Below, one piece after another: positions 1-11,000 of a DNA stretch of 58,009 nucleotides (the stretch's first letter is position 1; each line of letters starts with the position of its first letter). The stretch lies in contig CP142729.1 of NCBI GenBank assembly GCA_036630325.1, forward strand, positions 1,302,001 to 1,360,009. Reading direction: 5' to 3'. This stretch comes from Vairimorpha necatrix (lineage: Eukaryota). The position numbers and the translations under genes were made by a program. The notes under the pieces were generated by a model. The model was given only the letters and a program-made list of their open reading frames with translations. It had not been told where the DNA came from and did not search any database.

Positions 1-446
1 TATATTGGCGTGTTTACCATGAATTTTGCCTGTAGCAAGGAAGCATTCAATGATGCTAAGGTTTGGAGTGCCGTGAAAACCGGAGTTTAGATAGTTGGAA
101 GAAAAATATTGGCTTATCTGAATTATAGAAGGAAGAGAGTTTGTAAGTGTTCAAGTGATGTATCATGTAGATTATATATTTTCTTTATTTATAGTTAGAG
201 TAACCAATAGAAGCAAATGTGATATAACTAATCAATATAAGCTGCCCATCATTGATTGTTCCAGTGAAGAGCCTACGTTTTAGTTTTTATTAGTAAATTA
301 TAGAACATGTAGTATAATCCATTATACCACATATATCATAAATAGATATAAATTTAAGATTTTAAAATTCAATAAATAAGTATTAAAATTGTTTCAAACT
401 TTTTTGCTATTTTTTGCAATTTTGATCAAAAGAAAATAAAATAAAA

Positions 447-1049
447 GGATACATGATCGTTTGGAACCCATATCGAAAATTTTAAATCACGGCCTATAAG
501 AAAATGAAAACATCGGTAAGAACAAAATTTGTTATATCTGATAAGTTTTTTTTAATATGAAAATAAATCGAAATTTAATGCAGAACCAGCGTGTGCTTAC
601 CCGTCCCGTAGCCAATATAAATGCGGCTATTCTCCTTGAGATAATACAAGATTATATATTGACTAGTTTTTTTTTGTGATCATTGATCAATGAAGAGCAT
701 ATGATGCCGCATTAGACAAATTACAGGAATGGCGCACAGGATTAGAAATTACGCCGTCAATTTCGCAAACTTTAACGATCTCGAGACACAATACCAAACA
801 AATTAGGAGGGTTAAAGGTTTCTCAAGGGAGATGTTTGGTCCAAACGTGAAATAAACCAGGGCGAACTCTATAAATACCTTTACAGTTTCTCTAGTCTTA
901 TCAAATAACAGAACAAAGTATAACTAATCCTTTTTATTATTCAAAACAAATTGCTAAGTCTCTTTTATAGAAATTTTTTTATTTTTCCCGATTTTAAAAC
1001 TTCAATGAGGGTTCATTTTCTCAAGATGGGTTCAAGACGGTCATCTACT
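447..1049 (+). mobile_element. Degenerate Merlin (IS1016/ISXO2-like) DNA transposon derivative
   Basis: Left TIR GGATACATGATCGTTTGGAACC (447) and diverged right TIR GGTTCAAGACGGTCATCTAC (~1029-1048) match the TIRs of the 1435-2085 element. Internal 580-790 is homologous to the transposase remnant at 1640-1840. No TSD is retained. Confidence 0.6.
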
Positions 1050-1179
1050 GACATCTAACGACTCAGAGCTATTATTGGTATCCCCCCTAAGATACCACCT
1101 TTGTCACAGTTAATTTTCATACAAATCTTAGCTGCCCATCTGCTGACTTGACACACTTTATGTTTCAAAACATCAAGAG
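1050..1179 (-). mobile_element. Fragment of the RT region of the APE-LINE family seen at 23.4-29.0 kb
   Basis: Colinear similarity to 24817-24948 (e.g. shared CTGCCCATCTGCTGACTTGACA and CTAAGATACCAC). It is cut by the Merlin TIR on the left and the hAT TIR on the right. Confidence 0.75.
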
Positions 1180-1434
1180 CAGGGGTCGGCAACGAAGACC
1201 CGCGGGTGCAGTTCCTCCCGTTTTATAAATTTGGTGCGCCCGTTTTCATTTTTCACATTAAGAAGGAATTTTAAAAATTTAATATTTCATTTTTTTAAAT
1301 AAATTTGGTCAATTACATTTTTAATGCTAAATATTGGGATTACATTATAAGGAGTTGATGTACTTTTAGTTAAGCAAAAAGAGCTTTCAACAAAATTTTT
1401 TTGACATATGATGATTATAACAATAAAATTATTT

Positions 1435-2085
1435 GGTACATGATCGTTTTGAACCCGCATTGGGAAAATGAACAAGTATTGGGAAAATAAACCCGCTTTG
1501 AAATTTTAAAGGACCGCCTTTAAAAAAATGGCAAAATTGACAAAACAATGTTTGTTGAGGCAGATGAGGTTTTTAGTGATGAAATGTATTTATACATGGA
1601 ATACAAAGAAAAGTTTATTTTGAAAACATTTGATGCTGAATCGGCGTGCGCTTTGCTCGTTTCTGTAACTAGTAGAAATATTGCTTTTTCCTTGAGGTTA
1701 TACAAGAAAATGTATAACCTGTTTCTATTATGATCTCTAATCAATGGGTACGTATGATGCCACATTAGCTAAGCAAAGAAATGGAGCACAGAACTAAGAA
1801 TCACACCATAAATGTTGTAACCTCTAGCGACTCTGAGTCATAATTCCATATAATTTAGTTGGTTTTGGGCTCATTTTTATAAGTGATATTCGTTTTTAAC
1901 ATACACAAAGAAGAACATTATGATTACCTTTTACAGTTCCACTGGGCTTTCCAAATTCCTAAAAATCTCCGGATAAATTGTCTTCTGTCCTTATTTAAAA
2001 TAAATTATCAAATCCCCTTTTTTATAATTTTTTTAATTTTCCCTTTTTTGAATTTTTCAAAGCAGGTTCCAAACGGTCATGTACC
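1435..2085 (+). mobile_element. Non-autonomous Merlin (ISXO2-like) element nested in the hAT 5' region
   Basis: TIRs GGTACATGATCGTTTTGAACC / GGTTCCAAACGGTCATGTACC and a perfect 8-bp TSD AATTATTT (1427-1434, 2086-2093). The internal remnant translates across frameshifts as ...VTSRN..LEVIQENV.P.SIMISNQW...MEHRT.NHTIN, the ISXO2/Merlin 'TD.W..Y...H.TVNH..NF' region. Confidence 0.85.
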
Positions 2086-2207
2086 AATTATTTATTTCAA
2101 TTATAAAAATCTTAAAAATTTATTTTGACAATAATTACGCCATAAAACATGCTAATGTAACATTCAAAAAATTTTAAAAATTTATAACAAAATTTTTTTG
2201 CCCCTTT

Positions 2208-4043
2208 ATGGAACCTTCAAAAAAAAAGAAATTATCAATTTAATAGTTCATGGGAAGAAGATTTTTTCTTTATAGAATTTTAAGGTAGGTGTATTTATTT
2301 TTTGTGCAACAAAAGCTTTGCAATATTCAAAATGTTAACTTAGAACGACACTTTAATGGTTTGCATGAAAATATAAATATTGAATACCCACTGAAGTCCG
2401 AACTGCGAAAAAGTAAGTTGATATCTTTAAAATCAGCAATTGTAAAACAGCAGAGATGTTTTACAAAGCCAAAAGAGCTTTCAAAGGCGGCCACTGTGGC
2501 TTCTCTAAAAGTTGGACATCTGTTGGCTAAAAAAAAACCCTTTTTTGATGCAGAAATTATAAAAGAGGCAATGATAACAGCGGCGGATTCTCTTTTTGAA
2601 GATTTTGAAAAAAGACAGAAATTTTAAAAGCTATTTATATGTTGCAGTTATCAGCTAGAACTGCATCAAGAAGAATAGAATTAATTGCTAATAATTTAGA
2701 ATCAAAATTAGATAAAGACTTAAGAAATTGTATGTATTTCTCTTTTCAGCTTGATGAATCTACCGATGTGGTTGACACAGCACAACTAATTTTTTCTTTA
2801 AAAATGGTATTTAATGACTTTTTAACTAAAAAGCAATTGTTGAAAATTCTACCTTTAACTGCTCGTACAACAAGAAAAGAAATTTTTTCTTTATTTAAAA
2901 AATTTATTGTCGATAAAAATATACCACTTCAAAAACTTTCTTCTATTACTACTGATGGTGCACGAGCAATGGTTGGAAAAGAAAACGGATTTATTGGTTT
3001 ATGTAGAAAAGATTCTTTGTTTCCAAAGTTTATTTCATATCACTGTATAATTCATCAAAAAGTTTTATTTTCAAAAAATGTTAATTTTAATCATATTTTT
3101 TTTTTGTTACTAAAATTACAAATTCGATAAGAGCCAAAGCAACTCAACATAGACTGTTTAAGCTGCTTATGGAGGAGAAAAACGCAGATTTCAAAGATTT
3201 AGTTCTTCATACAGAAGTGAGATGGCTTAGCCGAGGCAAAGTTCTTGAACGCTCTATTGAGCTGTTATCTCAATTAAAGAAATTTTTTGCAAAAAGAAAT
3301 GCAACTTATATAGAATTAGAAAACAAATTTGGTTATTAAATCTTGGATTTTTAGCGGATATCACAATGAAATTTCACGAACTAAATTTAAAATTACAACC
3401 AAATAATTCTGATATTGTAGATATGATAAGCTTAATTAATTCCTTTGCAAAAAAGCTAGAATTTTTTAAAATACATTTAATAAAGAAATCCTTGTCTTAT
3501 TTTCGCAATACTAAGTAAATAATTGAAAAAATAAATTTAAGTATTTATGAATTCGATCCTACATCGTAAATAGGCGCAATAGAATTATCACAGATTGAGT
3601 TTTCTAAAAGATTTCATGATTTTCGATCATTAAAGGAAGTAATATCATTTTTTGTTAATCCTTTATATGTTTTTGATTCTGATTTACCAGTAAAAATTTC
3701 TAATTTTTTTCATATAGTTAACATGGACGACTTAGAAATTGAAATTATTAATTTGAAAAATGATATTTTTTTAAAATCTCATTATTTAGACAAGGACTTT
3801 TTAAAATTGGTCCCAGATAATAGTTTACCCATTTTAAGAAAATGTGCACGCAAAATATTTTCATATTGTGGAACCACATATAATTGTGAAGCTCTTTCTT
3901 CGAATATGACGTATTTAAAATCAAAATATCGAACACAACTTACTGACAAACATTTAGATAACTGTTTAAGAGCTGCCAATTGATCTTATATCTATAATTA
4001 TGACCAAATTGCAGGTGACATGCAGAATCAAGTTTCTCATTAT
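2208..4043 (+). pseudogene. hAT transposase pseudogene (frameshifted; ORFs 2289-2627, 2639-3130, 3723-3983)
   Basis: ATG at 2208 is preceded by CCCC. Motifs present: BED-type ...NLERHFNGLH, FSFQLDESTDVVDTAQL, SITTDGARAMVG, YHCIIHQ, HTEVRWLSRGKVL, GTTYNCEALSSNMTYLKSKYRTQLTD and C-terminal QVSH, all typical of GTF2IRD2/Buster-like transposases. Confidence 0.9.
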
Positions 4044-5154
4044 ACTGTATATTTTCTTAGTATTTCTCTACACATAGTTAATTTTTTTTATTTCTTCGAG
4101 ATTTAATCGAAAACAAAATTTAAACCTCTTTTCAAAGTAATTATGAAGAAATTAGCTTCGCATTCTTGTCAAAACAATGTCTATTAAATCTATATAAAAC
4201 AATAAAATTTATTTTTTTTCGATTCTTTTAATCACTTAAGAAAACTCTTGTAAAAAAATTAAATAATAATTTTCGTTTTAATATAAAAAATTTATACTTG
4301 TTAAGGCATCTTTAAAAAAAATACTGAAAAAAATCATAATCGCATTATTCGCTACGAAATGTTTTTTTTAAAAGGATTTCCAGAGCATTTATTTTAATTT
4401 TCTTAAATATTTTTTTAAGCTTAAGCCCGTTTTTTTGTTTTAGGATTTTGAAATTGCCCTTTTCGAACTTTATTTAAAAAAAGGTTGCCGACCCCTGAAG
4501 TAGATAGTAAAATAAAGAAATAAAAAATAAAAAAAAATGAAAATATAATTTGTAAATTTTGCGTTATTATGTTGTTTAATTATAACATTTTTTTTTTTTG
4601 AGATTTTCTCCTTCTCGTTCTGTTCGCTTCGAATTTCGAAAATCAGAAATATTTTTAAAAAATTGGTATTTATATATGTAAGGGGAGACTAAAGTAGAAA
4701 AGCTCCAGTTTTTTTATATTTTAAAACATTTTTTTTAATTCAAAAATAAAGTGTTACTGACAAAAGTTTTTATATGTTAAACAACTTTAATTAGCTTTGA
4801 GACCCCTCTTTTGGTTTTTTTAATGAAAATTTCATTTTTCTGGTAATTAGTCCGGTTCTGGTAAACATAAGGGCTCGCGATATTAAATAAATGAATCTGA
4901 GGCATTACACGGAGTTTGCGTTCTTCAATATCATCCCATGATGATTCTCCGTGATCAAGAGTTTTAAGTTTGTTTCTATGGTCTACGCAAGCGTTAGTTA
5001 TCCTCCCTTGGATACAGTTCTTCAGTGTGCTGCTTAGTATAATTTCTATGCCTTCTCGTTATTAGAGGGGGTAATATTACAAGAAAACATATAAAGGAAA
5101 ATAAATTTTAAAAATTCTATAGGTGTAAAATTATTTAAAAATAATGTCAGTTTA

Positions 5155-5432
5155 TGTGGTATTAACTCCACATTATTTTTATTTTATTTTTCCCTCTTAA
5201 TGAATTTTCTAGAATTTATTTATCTTTTATTTTACCCCACTAAAATATGAACAAAAGGAACGAGAATAGGAATGAAAAACGTGACGAACACGTGTATCCT
5301 CAGAGGAGGACTAGTAACGCCCACGGAGGCAACTATAATAAAAACATTACTAATAAACCTATTATTTCAACATCCAGGAGAAGCATCATAGAGTGCTACT
5401 TAAAGAATGGCCAACTTCCGGGTAATGCCTAA
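5155..5432 (+). mobile_element. Solo LTR (TGTGGTAT family), nested in the 4898-5444 LTR
   Basis: Starts TGTGGTATTAACTCCACA and ends GGTAATGCCTAA, with a perfect 5-bp TSD GTTTA (5150-5154, 5433-5437). Homologous to the paired LTRs at 43586 and 45276. Confidence 0.85.
5247..5432 (+). CDS. LTR-borne 61-aa micro-ORF (coding status uncertain)
   Basis: CCCC 9-12 nt before the ATG. The motif RRSIIECYLKNGQLPGN recurs in other LTR copies. The stop codon is the last 3 nt of the LTR. Confidence 0.3.
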   Translation: MNKRNENRNEKRDEHVYPQRRTSNAHGGNYNKNITNKPIISTSRRSIIECYLKNGQLPGNA

Positions 5433-5522
5433 GTTTATACCACAGAAACAAAATAAATTTTACATTAGATATCTGATATACATTAAAACAAATTTCATTA
5501 AGTAAAACTAAATAAATTTAAT

Positions 5523-8057
5523 TTAATTTAACATTTGCAAATTTCTTTTACGTCTTTTTTCTTCTCTACATAAATTTTCATGCATTAATATTTCTTCAAA
5601 TGTTTTATTATGATTTGTTCGGACATAACTAAAAAGTTCATCACTGTCATCTTGTTCTCCATAGTCATTTTGTTCTTCATTAAAATAAAATTCTGTATTG
5701 AGAGGATTTAATTGATTGGGAAAAGGTCCATTATCATGAATAAGTTCTCCATTTTCATTTTGTTTTCCATGGTCATTTTGTTCTTCATTAATTAAAAATT
5801 CTGTATCGGGAGGAAAAAATTGATCAAGAAAATGTAAATTTATATTAAGAAGTTCATCACTGTCATCTTGTTCTCCATATTCATTTTGTTCTTCATTAAT
5901 TATTAATTCTGTATCGGGAGGATTTAATTGATCGGATAAAAGTCCATTATTATAAATAAGTTTCATACTGTCATCTTGTTCTTCACTGTCATCTTGTTCT
6001 ACAAAGTTATTTTGTTCTTCATTAATTATTAATTCTGTATCGGGAGAATTTAATTGATCGGATAAAAGTCCATTATTATAAATAGGTTCTTCACTGTCAT
6101 CTTGTTCTTCACTGTCATCTTGTTCTACAAAGTCATTTTGTTCTTCATTAATAAATAATTCTGTATCGAGAGGAATTACTTGATTGGAAAAAAGTCCATT
6201 ATCATAAATAAATTCTCCATTTTCATTTTGTCCTTCAATAAAAAATACTGCTGTATCATAATCATAAGTAATTTCTTGGTCAAAAAACTGTTCTTCGTCA
6301 TTAATTATTTCTATATCGACATAAAATCCAGTATTGTTATCTTGTCCTTCAATATAAAATACTGCTGTATCATTATTATAATCTAATACTTGGTCAAAAA
6401 ACAGTTCTTCGTCATATAGATGTTCAATATCAGAAGGAGAATCTTCATCAGTATTATGTTCCTCATCAAAAAAAACAGTACCCCGTGTAGAATCAATTGG
6501 AGTTTCTGTATCTTTAAATTTGATAATTTTTGTATATAACTTTGCTACATTATCTATGTCCCAATTTTTTTTTCTTCCCCTCGAAACAATATCTTTAAAA
6601 TAAACTTTTAATAATTCTTTTAGTGTCATTCGAAGGCTAAAAACACTTTTATTATTTAGATCTGGTTCAATTTTATTAGTCACAGATTTCTTTTCTATGT
6701 TTCTTATATGACATTCTATATTTTTCAATTCACTGAATATTGTATCAAAAACTTCATTTTCTCTTATGTATTTTTCTGCTTCAAAGAATAAAAAAAATTT
6801 AATGAAATAATTAGTTGATGGGTATACATCGTCTGATAAATTATCTAATAATGCGCCTATAATTTCTTTTTTTCGAATTCTATTTATGTAATTGTTTTTT
6901 ACAATTTTATCAAATTCTCTTTCTCCTATTATTTCATGATACAATAAAACATGAGCAAAAATTATATTCGATGCTTTTCCTGATTTATAAAAAAGAATTT
7001 TGACAAAATTTTTAATTCCTGTATTACAATTTATTAGTCTAAAAAATAATTCTACTATTTTGCAACTTTCTTCATCTTGTTTAAATTCTAAAATATTTTT
7101 AAAAAAATCTTGAAATTCTTTAAAACAATTATCTGTAATGATGCTATCATTGTATTGAGAATATACGTATTTCAAAGACTTTTGTGTAAATTCTATTTTA
7201 TCATTTTTTATCTCGATTACAAATTTCTTATCGTCTAACTGGATATTGTTTGGTCTACAGTTTGGCATAAAAACTTCACCTATAGTTTGTATATCCTCAA
7301 TATAGATAGACATGTATAATTCATTGAACTTGTCACAAATCATGAAGTCCCCTATTGGATTATCAAAAAAATCTAACACTAAATTATCTTCTATACCAGA
7401 ATCAATTCCCAGATCTCGAATATTAACTTCAAAGAAAAAACAAATATTCTTGTTAAAGATATAAATATCCATATACCTTTTGCTTTTTCTTTTTACAAAA
7501 TTCCGTATTCGATTAGTATTAAAGCTATTACTTAGAATATTTTTATCTGAATTTATCCTTCTAAACACTTGATAAAACGAAGATGTACTACTGATAATAA
7601 ATTCATACAAGATATCTAGACAAGAATTATCCTTTTTTCTTATTTCATTTAATTCCTCAAACTCATAGATTATTTTTTTAAAAATTGGATTATTAACCCA
7701 ACAACTTGGATTATAGCTTAGTCCTATGTATTCTAACCCATTCATCTTAAATTCTTGAATTAAATTGGCTTCAAAATCTTTAACAATATCTCCTATTTTC
7801 TTATCATCACAGTTAAATTTTACAATCATAATGTGTTCTTTATAGATGTTGTCCGAATTCTTATTAAAAATAGTAGAAACAAGCTCATTACTCTCCATAT
7901 CAAATGTTAATAGAATATCAAGATAAACTTTTTCTAGATTAATTGTTCGATAATTTCCTGTTTCTGCATCTCGAAGCAAATATCTTTCCAGATTTGATAA
8001 AATTTCATCTTTTCCTTGTACAAAGACAGCCGTTAAAATTATTTTTATGATTTTCAT
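5523..8057 (-). CDS. 844-aa putative secreted orphan protein with acidic C-terminal repeats; paralog of 29824-31485
   Basis: Long intact ORF. The true start is probably ATG 8057 (MKIIKIILTAVFVQG, signal-peptide-like) with CCCC 5-8 nt upstream, rather than the upstream TTG used by the ORF track. Shares blocks with the 553-aa protein (NIIFAHVLLYHEIIG vs NIFFGHILVFDELIG; IKFFLFFEAEKYI vs IKVFLFVEAENYI). Confidence 0.9.
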   Translation of the reverse strand: MKIIKIILTAVFVQGKDEILSNLERYLLRDAETGNYRTINLEKVYLDILLTFDMESNELVSTIFNKNSDNIYKEHIMIVKFNCDDKKIGDIVKDFEANLIQEFKMNGLEYIGLSYNPSCWVNNPIFKKIIYEFEELNEIRKKDNSCLDILYEFIISSTSSFYQVFRRINSDKNILSNSFNTNRIRNFVKRKSKRYMDIYIFNKNICFFFEVNIRDLGIDSGIEDNLVLDFFDNPIGDFMICDKFNELYMSIYIEDIQTIGEVFMPNCRPNNIQLDDKKFVIEIKNDKIEFTQKSLKYVYSQYNDSIITDNCFKEFQDFFKNILEFKQDEESCKIVELFFRLINCNTGIKNFVKILFYKSGKASNIIFAHVLLYHEIIGEREFDKIVKNNYINRIRKKEIIGALLDNLSDDVYPSTNYFIKFFLFFEAEKYIRENEVFDTIFSELKNIECHIRNIEKKSVTNKIEPDLNNKSVFSLRMTLKELLKVYFKDIVSRGRKKNWDIDNVAKLYTKIIKFKDTETPIDSTRGTVFFDEEHNTDEDSPSDIEHLYDEELFFDQVLDYNNDTAVFYIEGQDNNTGFYVDIEIINDEEQFFDQEITYDYDTAVFFIEGQNENGEFIYDNGLFSNQVIPLDTELFINEEQNDFVEQDDSEEQDDSEEPIYNNGLLSDQLNSPDTELIINEEQNNFVEQDDSEEQDDSMKLIYNNGLLSDQLNPPDTELIINEEQNEYGEQDDSDELLNINLHFLDQFFPPDTEFLINEEQNDHGKQNENGELIHDNGPFPNQLNPLNTEFYFNEEQNDYGEQDDSDELFSYVRTNHNKTFEEILMHENLCREEKRRKRNLQMLN
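5630..6480 (-). repeat. Coding tandem repeats (~100-120 bp units) in the 844-aa gene
   Basis: Repeated peptides DQ...PDTE.IINEEQN..EQDDS and DEE.FFDQ...Y..DTAVF.IEGQ, with near-identical DNA units (e.g. TCATTAATTATTAATTCTGTATCGGGAG). Confidence 0.85.
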
Positions 8058-11000
8058 ATTTGGGGTATAAAAATTTTTATTTATATACAAAAAATACAAT
8101 ATTTATCAAGATTTTGCAATTATTTTACTGAAAATGTGCCGAGTTATATAATGCAATTTTCATGGACAATTTTTTTGATTTTTTATATATAGTTTACTCA
8201 ATTAAAATTAATTTTTGCCACAATTTGTGTAAATATAAATTTCAATATGCAATTACCAGTGCCATATTTTCCTTATATACCACGCAATTTAACTTGATGT
8301 TTTTGTTATTATGTTAAAATAATTTTTTACATTTACTTTTTTAAAAAGAGCAAAAATGGTAAATATGATTTTAAAAAAAAATTAATTAGTTAACATATTG
8401 AGTAGAATCGTTTAAAAACAGATAAAAACTGATATAGTTTAATTAAAACAACTTATTGTGTATGTTTATCGCATTCAGAAATCAAATTTTATTAATTGAT
8501 TTTTTTTGGATTAAAATGGTAAGAATAAAATAAATTGTAAAAAACAATTTACGGCATTGGAACTTAGTTTGATAACAAAATAAAAAAAAAAATAACGATT
8601 AATAACATATATTTATTGCTTTTTTGATCTAAACGGGATGTTAAGTATATATGTGATATTTTATTCAAGCAATAAAGACAAAATATATAGTCTGGATATT
8701 TTTGGTGCATTACCACCTAGGAGACGCTATAATCGAAAGAATCACTCTATTTTGCTATACACTGCAACATGTAGCGTACGTTAATGAAAAAATATTCTTT
8801 TTTTGTAGATGTTTGTTCTTACAGCATTCTAGTCCTTGAGTGTGTTGGTTGCAAAATGAAAAAAATATTCGTAGTAAATATCTTGTAAAATATGTAAAAA
8901 AGTTAATGTGGTAAATAACATATAAATTAGCAAATAAATTGTCCATAATGTTTAATCACGAATCTCTTAAATATACATGAAATTCATAATAATGAGAAGA
9001 TTATTTAAGTAAGTAAAATAATGAAATATTTGTGAAATTAGTATTGTTGTGGATCGAATATCCAAAGATATATTTTATAAATAAACTAGCTTATGCTTTC
9101 CCGTTTTGAAAAACGACATTGTTATGTTTTGTTTATTTAATATTTTTTTTGACAGAATAAAAGAACAAAAAACATTGTTCACCAAATTTGGTAACACTCT
9201 ATACAATGACTTAGTTAGTTTAATGCATTAAGTTATAATCTTATAAAAGAAAATAGTTGGTAAGTTTATTAAATGTTAACTCATTCTTTGGTGATAGAAA
9301 TTAATTCGATTAGATACTATTCAAAATTTTAATATCAAATTTAAATTTTAAAGCAAATTCAAAAAATTATTAACTAAAATAGTTTATAAAATCAAATAAT
9401 CAGTTAAAAGTTATTGCAAAATGAATTTTCGAGTGTATATTCTACTATCTTGCAATAATCAAACAAAGCCAATTTTATACCATCGATTTAAAGTCAAAAT
9501 ATCACAATTTTAGATATTATTAAAATATGTCAACAACAAAATTATAAAAAACTAATAAATTACCAAAAGAATACAAGAACCCAACGTAGGATCAATAAAA
9601 ATGTAGAAAAATTTTTGTTTTTAAATCTTAATGGTAAAATATCAAATTAACATCATATTTACATATACTACAATAATAAATTAATCAATAGAACAAAAAA
9701 AATTACACTGATATCGAAAGCAAAAATGAAATAATATGTAACATATCTGATTATAGATTTTAATCGTATGATGTAATAGATAAAAATGAAATTAAACGAA
9801 TTCTATTTCATAATAGACTACTATCACAAGTAGTTAACTAATTAAAACAAAAAAAAGTCATATAATTTAAATAAAATATTCTATAATTAACTTAAATCAA
9901 TTGTATCAGATTATGAGAAAAAAACTAAGAATATTATAAGCCCATTTAGGCATACAATATTTCTAAATAAATTCCCTAAATAGAAAAAGACATTGCAAAG
10001 ATAAATCTATACTTTTTTAAATAAACAAGAACCATGACTAAGAAAAACTTAATAAATTTTAGCATATTTGAAAGAAGAAGTGGTTTCGCTCAATGATTAA
10101 AACAACATATGATCGAATTACCAGCTCATACAAAAAAAATTTTACTCAAAAGTATAAAAAATCAAGTGGGGGCTTTTTGACTCAATTAGATTCTTGTGTG
10201 TAAATTATAACATTTAGACGTAGAAAATATGATAAATATAATTATATAACAAAAATATAATTAATAGATTGGGTCTTCTATAAATTTAAATTGCGAACTT
10301 AAAGATGTTGAAATTTGTCAACTCTACTTACATTTTTAAAGTTTCGATTGCTTATCCACAGTATTAATTTAATTTGTCTATAAAATTTCATAAAAATCTC
10401 TATACAAAGAAATTGATTTTTAGCTGAAAACTAGGTAAATATTATTAAAATACATTAATAAAAAAAAATTTTAGAATCAAGGGGAATTATCCGTATATAA
10501 TATTTAAGATGAAAACATTTTTAAAGAAAAATATAATAATGTTAATAAACAAAAAGAAATTTTAAATTCGTGACATTTAAGTATATTTATATCTAAAAAA
10601 TGTGAAGTTCATGTTAAAGTGATAATAACGCTAATTAGTTTTTGAGTTCCAGACACAAAAAAAGAAAATTATGTAAAATCATTACATAAGTTCTTTAAAT
10701 TCAATTATATAAACTATACTCATTTCTTTAACTGTTTACAAATATTTTTTCTAAGGAAGCCCAATAAAGAATGAAAAGAAACTAATAGTAAGTAAAATTA
10801 TAAAGTAAAATATACTATAAGCATTTCTATAAATATAAATTTTTCTATCTACTCATTTACGCAATTTTTTTAAAATGGAAAGTTATTTGATTACCTTAAG
10901 AAAAAAGAAAAATTACTAAACTATTTTACTTAACAAATGGCAAGAAAAAGATTTGTTATGTTCTTCTAAATATAGAAATATATATCCACTACAAAAAGAC

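Larger units (their letters stand above)
1180..4497 (+). mobile_element. hAT DNA transposon (Buster/Charlie, GTF2IRD2-like group), defective
   Basis: Perfect 14-bp TIRs CAGGGGTCGGCAAC (1180-1193) and GTTGCCGACCCCTG (4484-4497) enclose a transposase pseudogene. The 8-bp flanks ATCAAGAG and AAGTAGAT do not match as a TSD. Confidence 0.9.
4898..5444 (-). mobile_element. Solo LTR (TGTGGTAT family), interrupted by a second copy
   Basis: The minus strand starts TGTGGTATAAAC|TGACATTATTTTT and ends GTAATGCCTCA. Flanks GAATC/GAAAC match at 4 of 5 as a TSD. It contains the CCCCC motif and the family 3' stem-loop. Confidence 0.75.

Noticed and set aside
127-331. PPT (AGAAGGAAGAGAG) followed by a possible 3' LTR starting TGTAAG
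   Set aside because: The partner LTR and TSD would lie outside the window, so it cannot be supported.
5630-6480. CRISPR-like repeat array
   Set aside because: The repeats are in-frame coding units of a eukaryotic gene, with no unique spacers and no cas genes.
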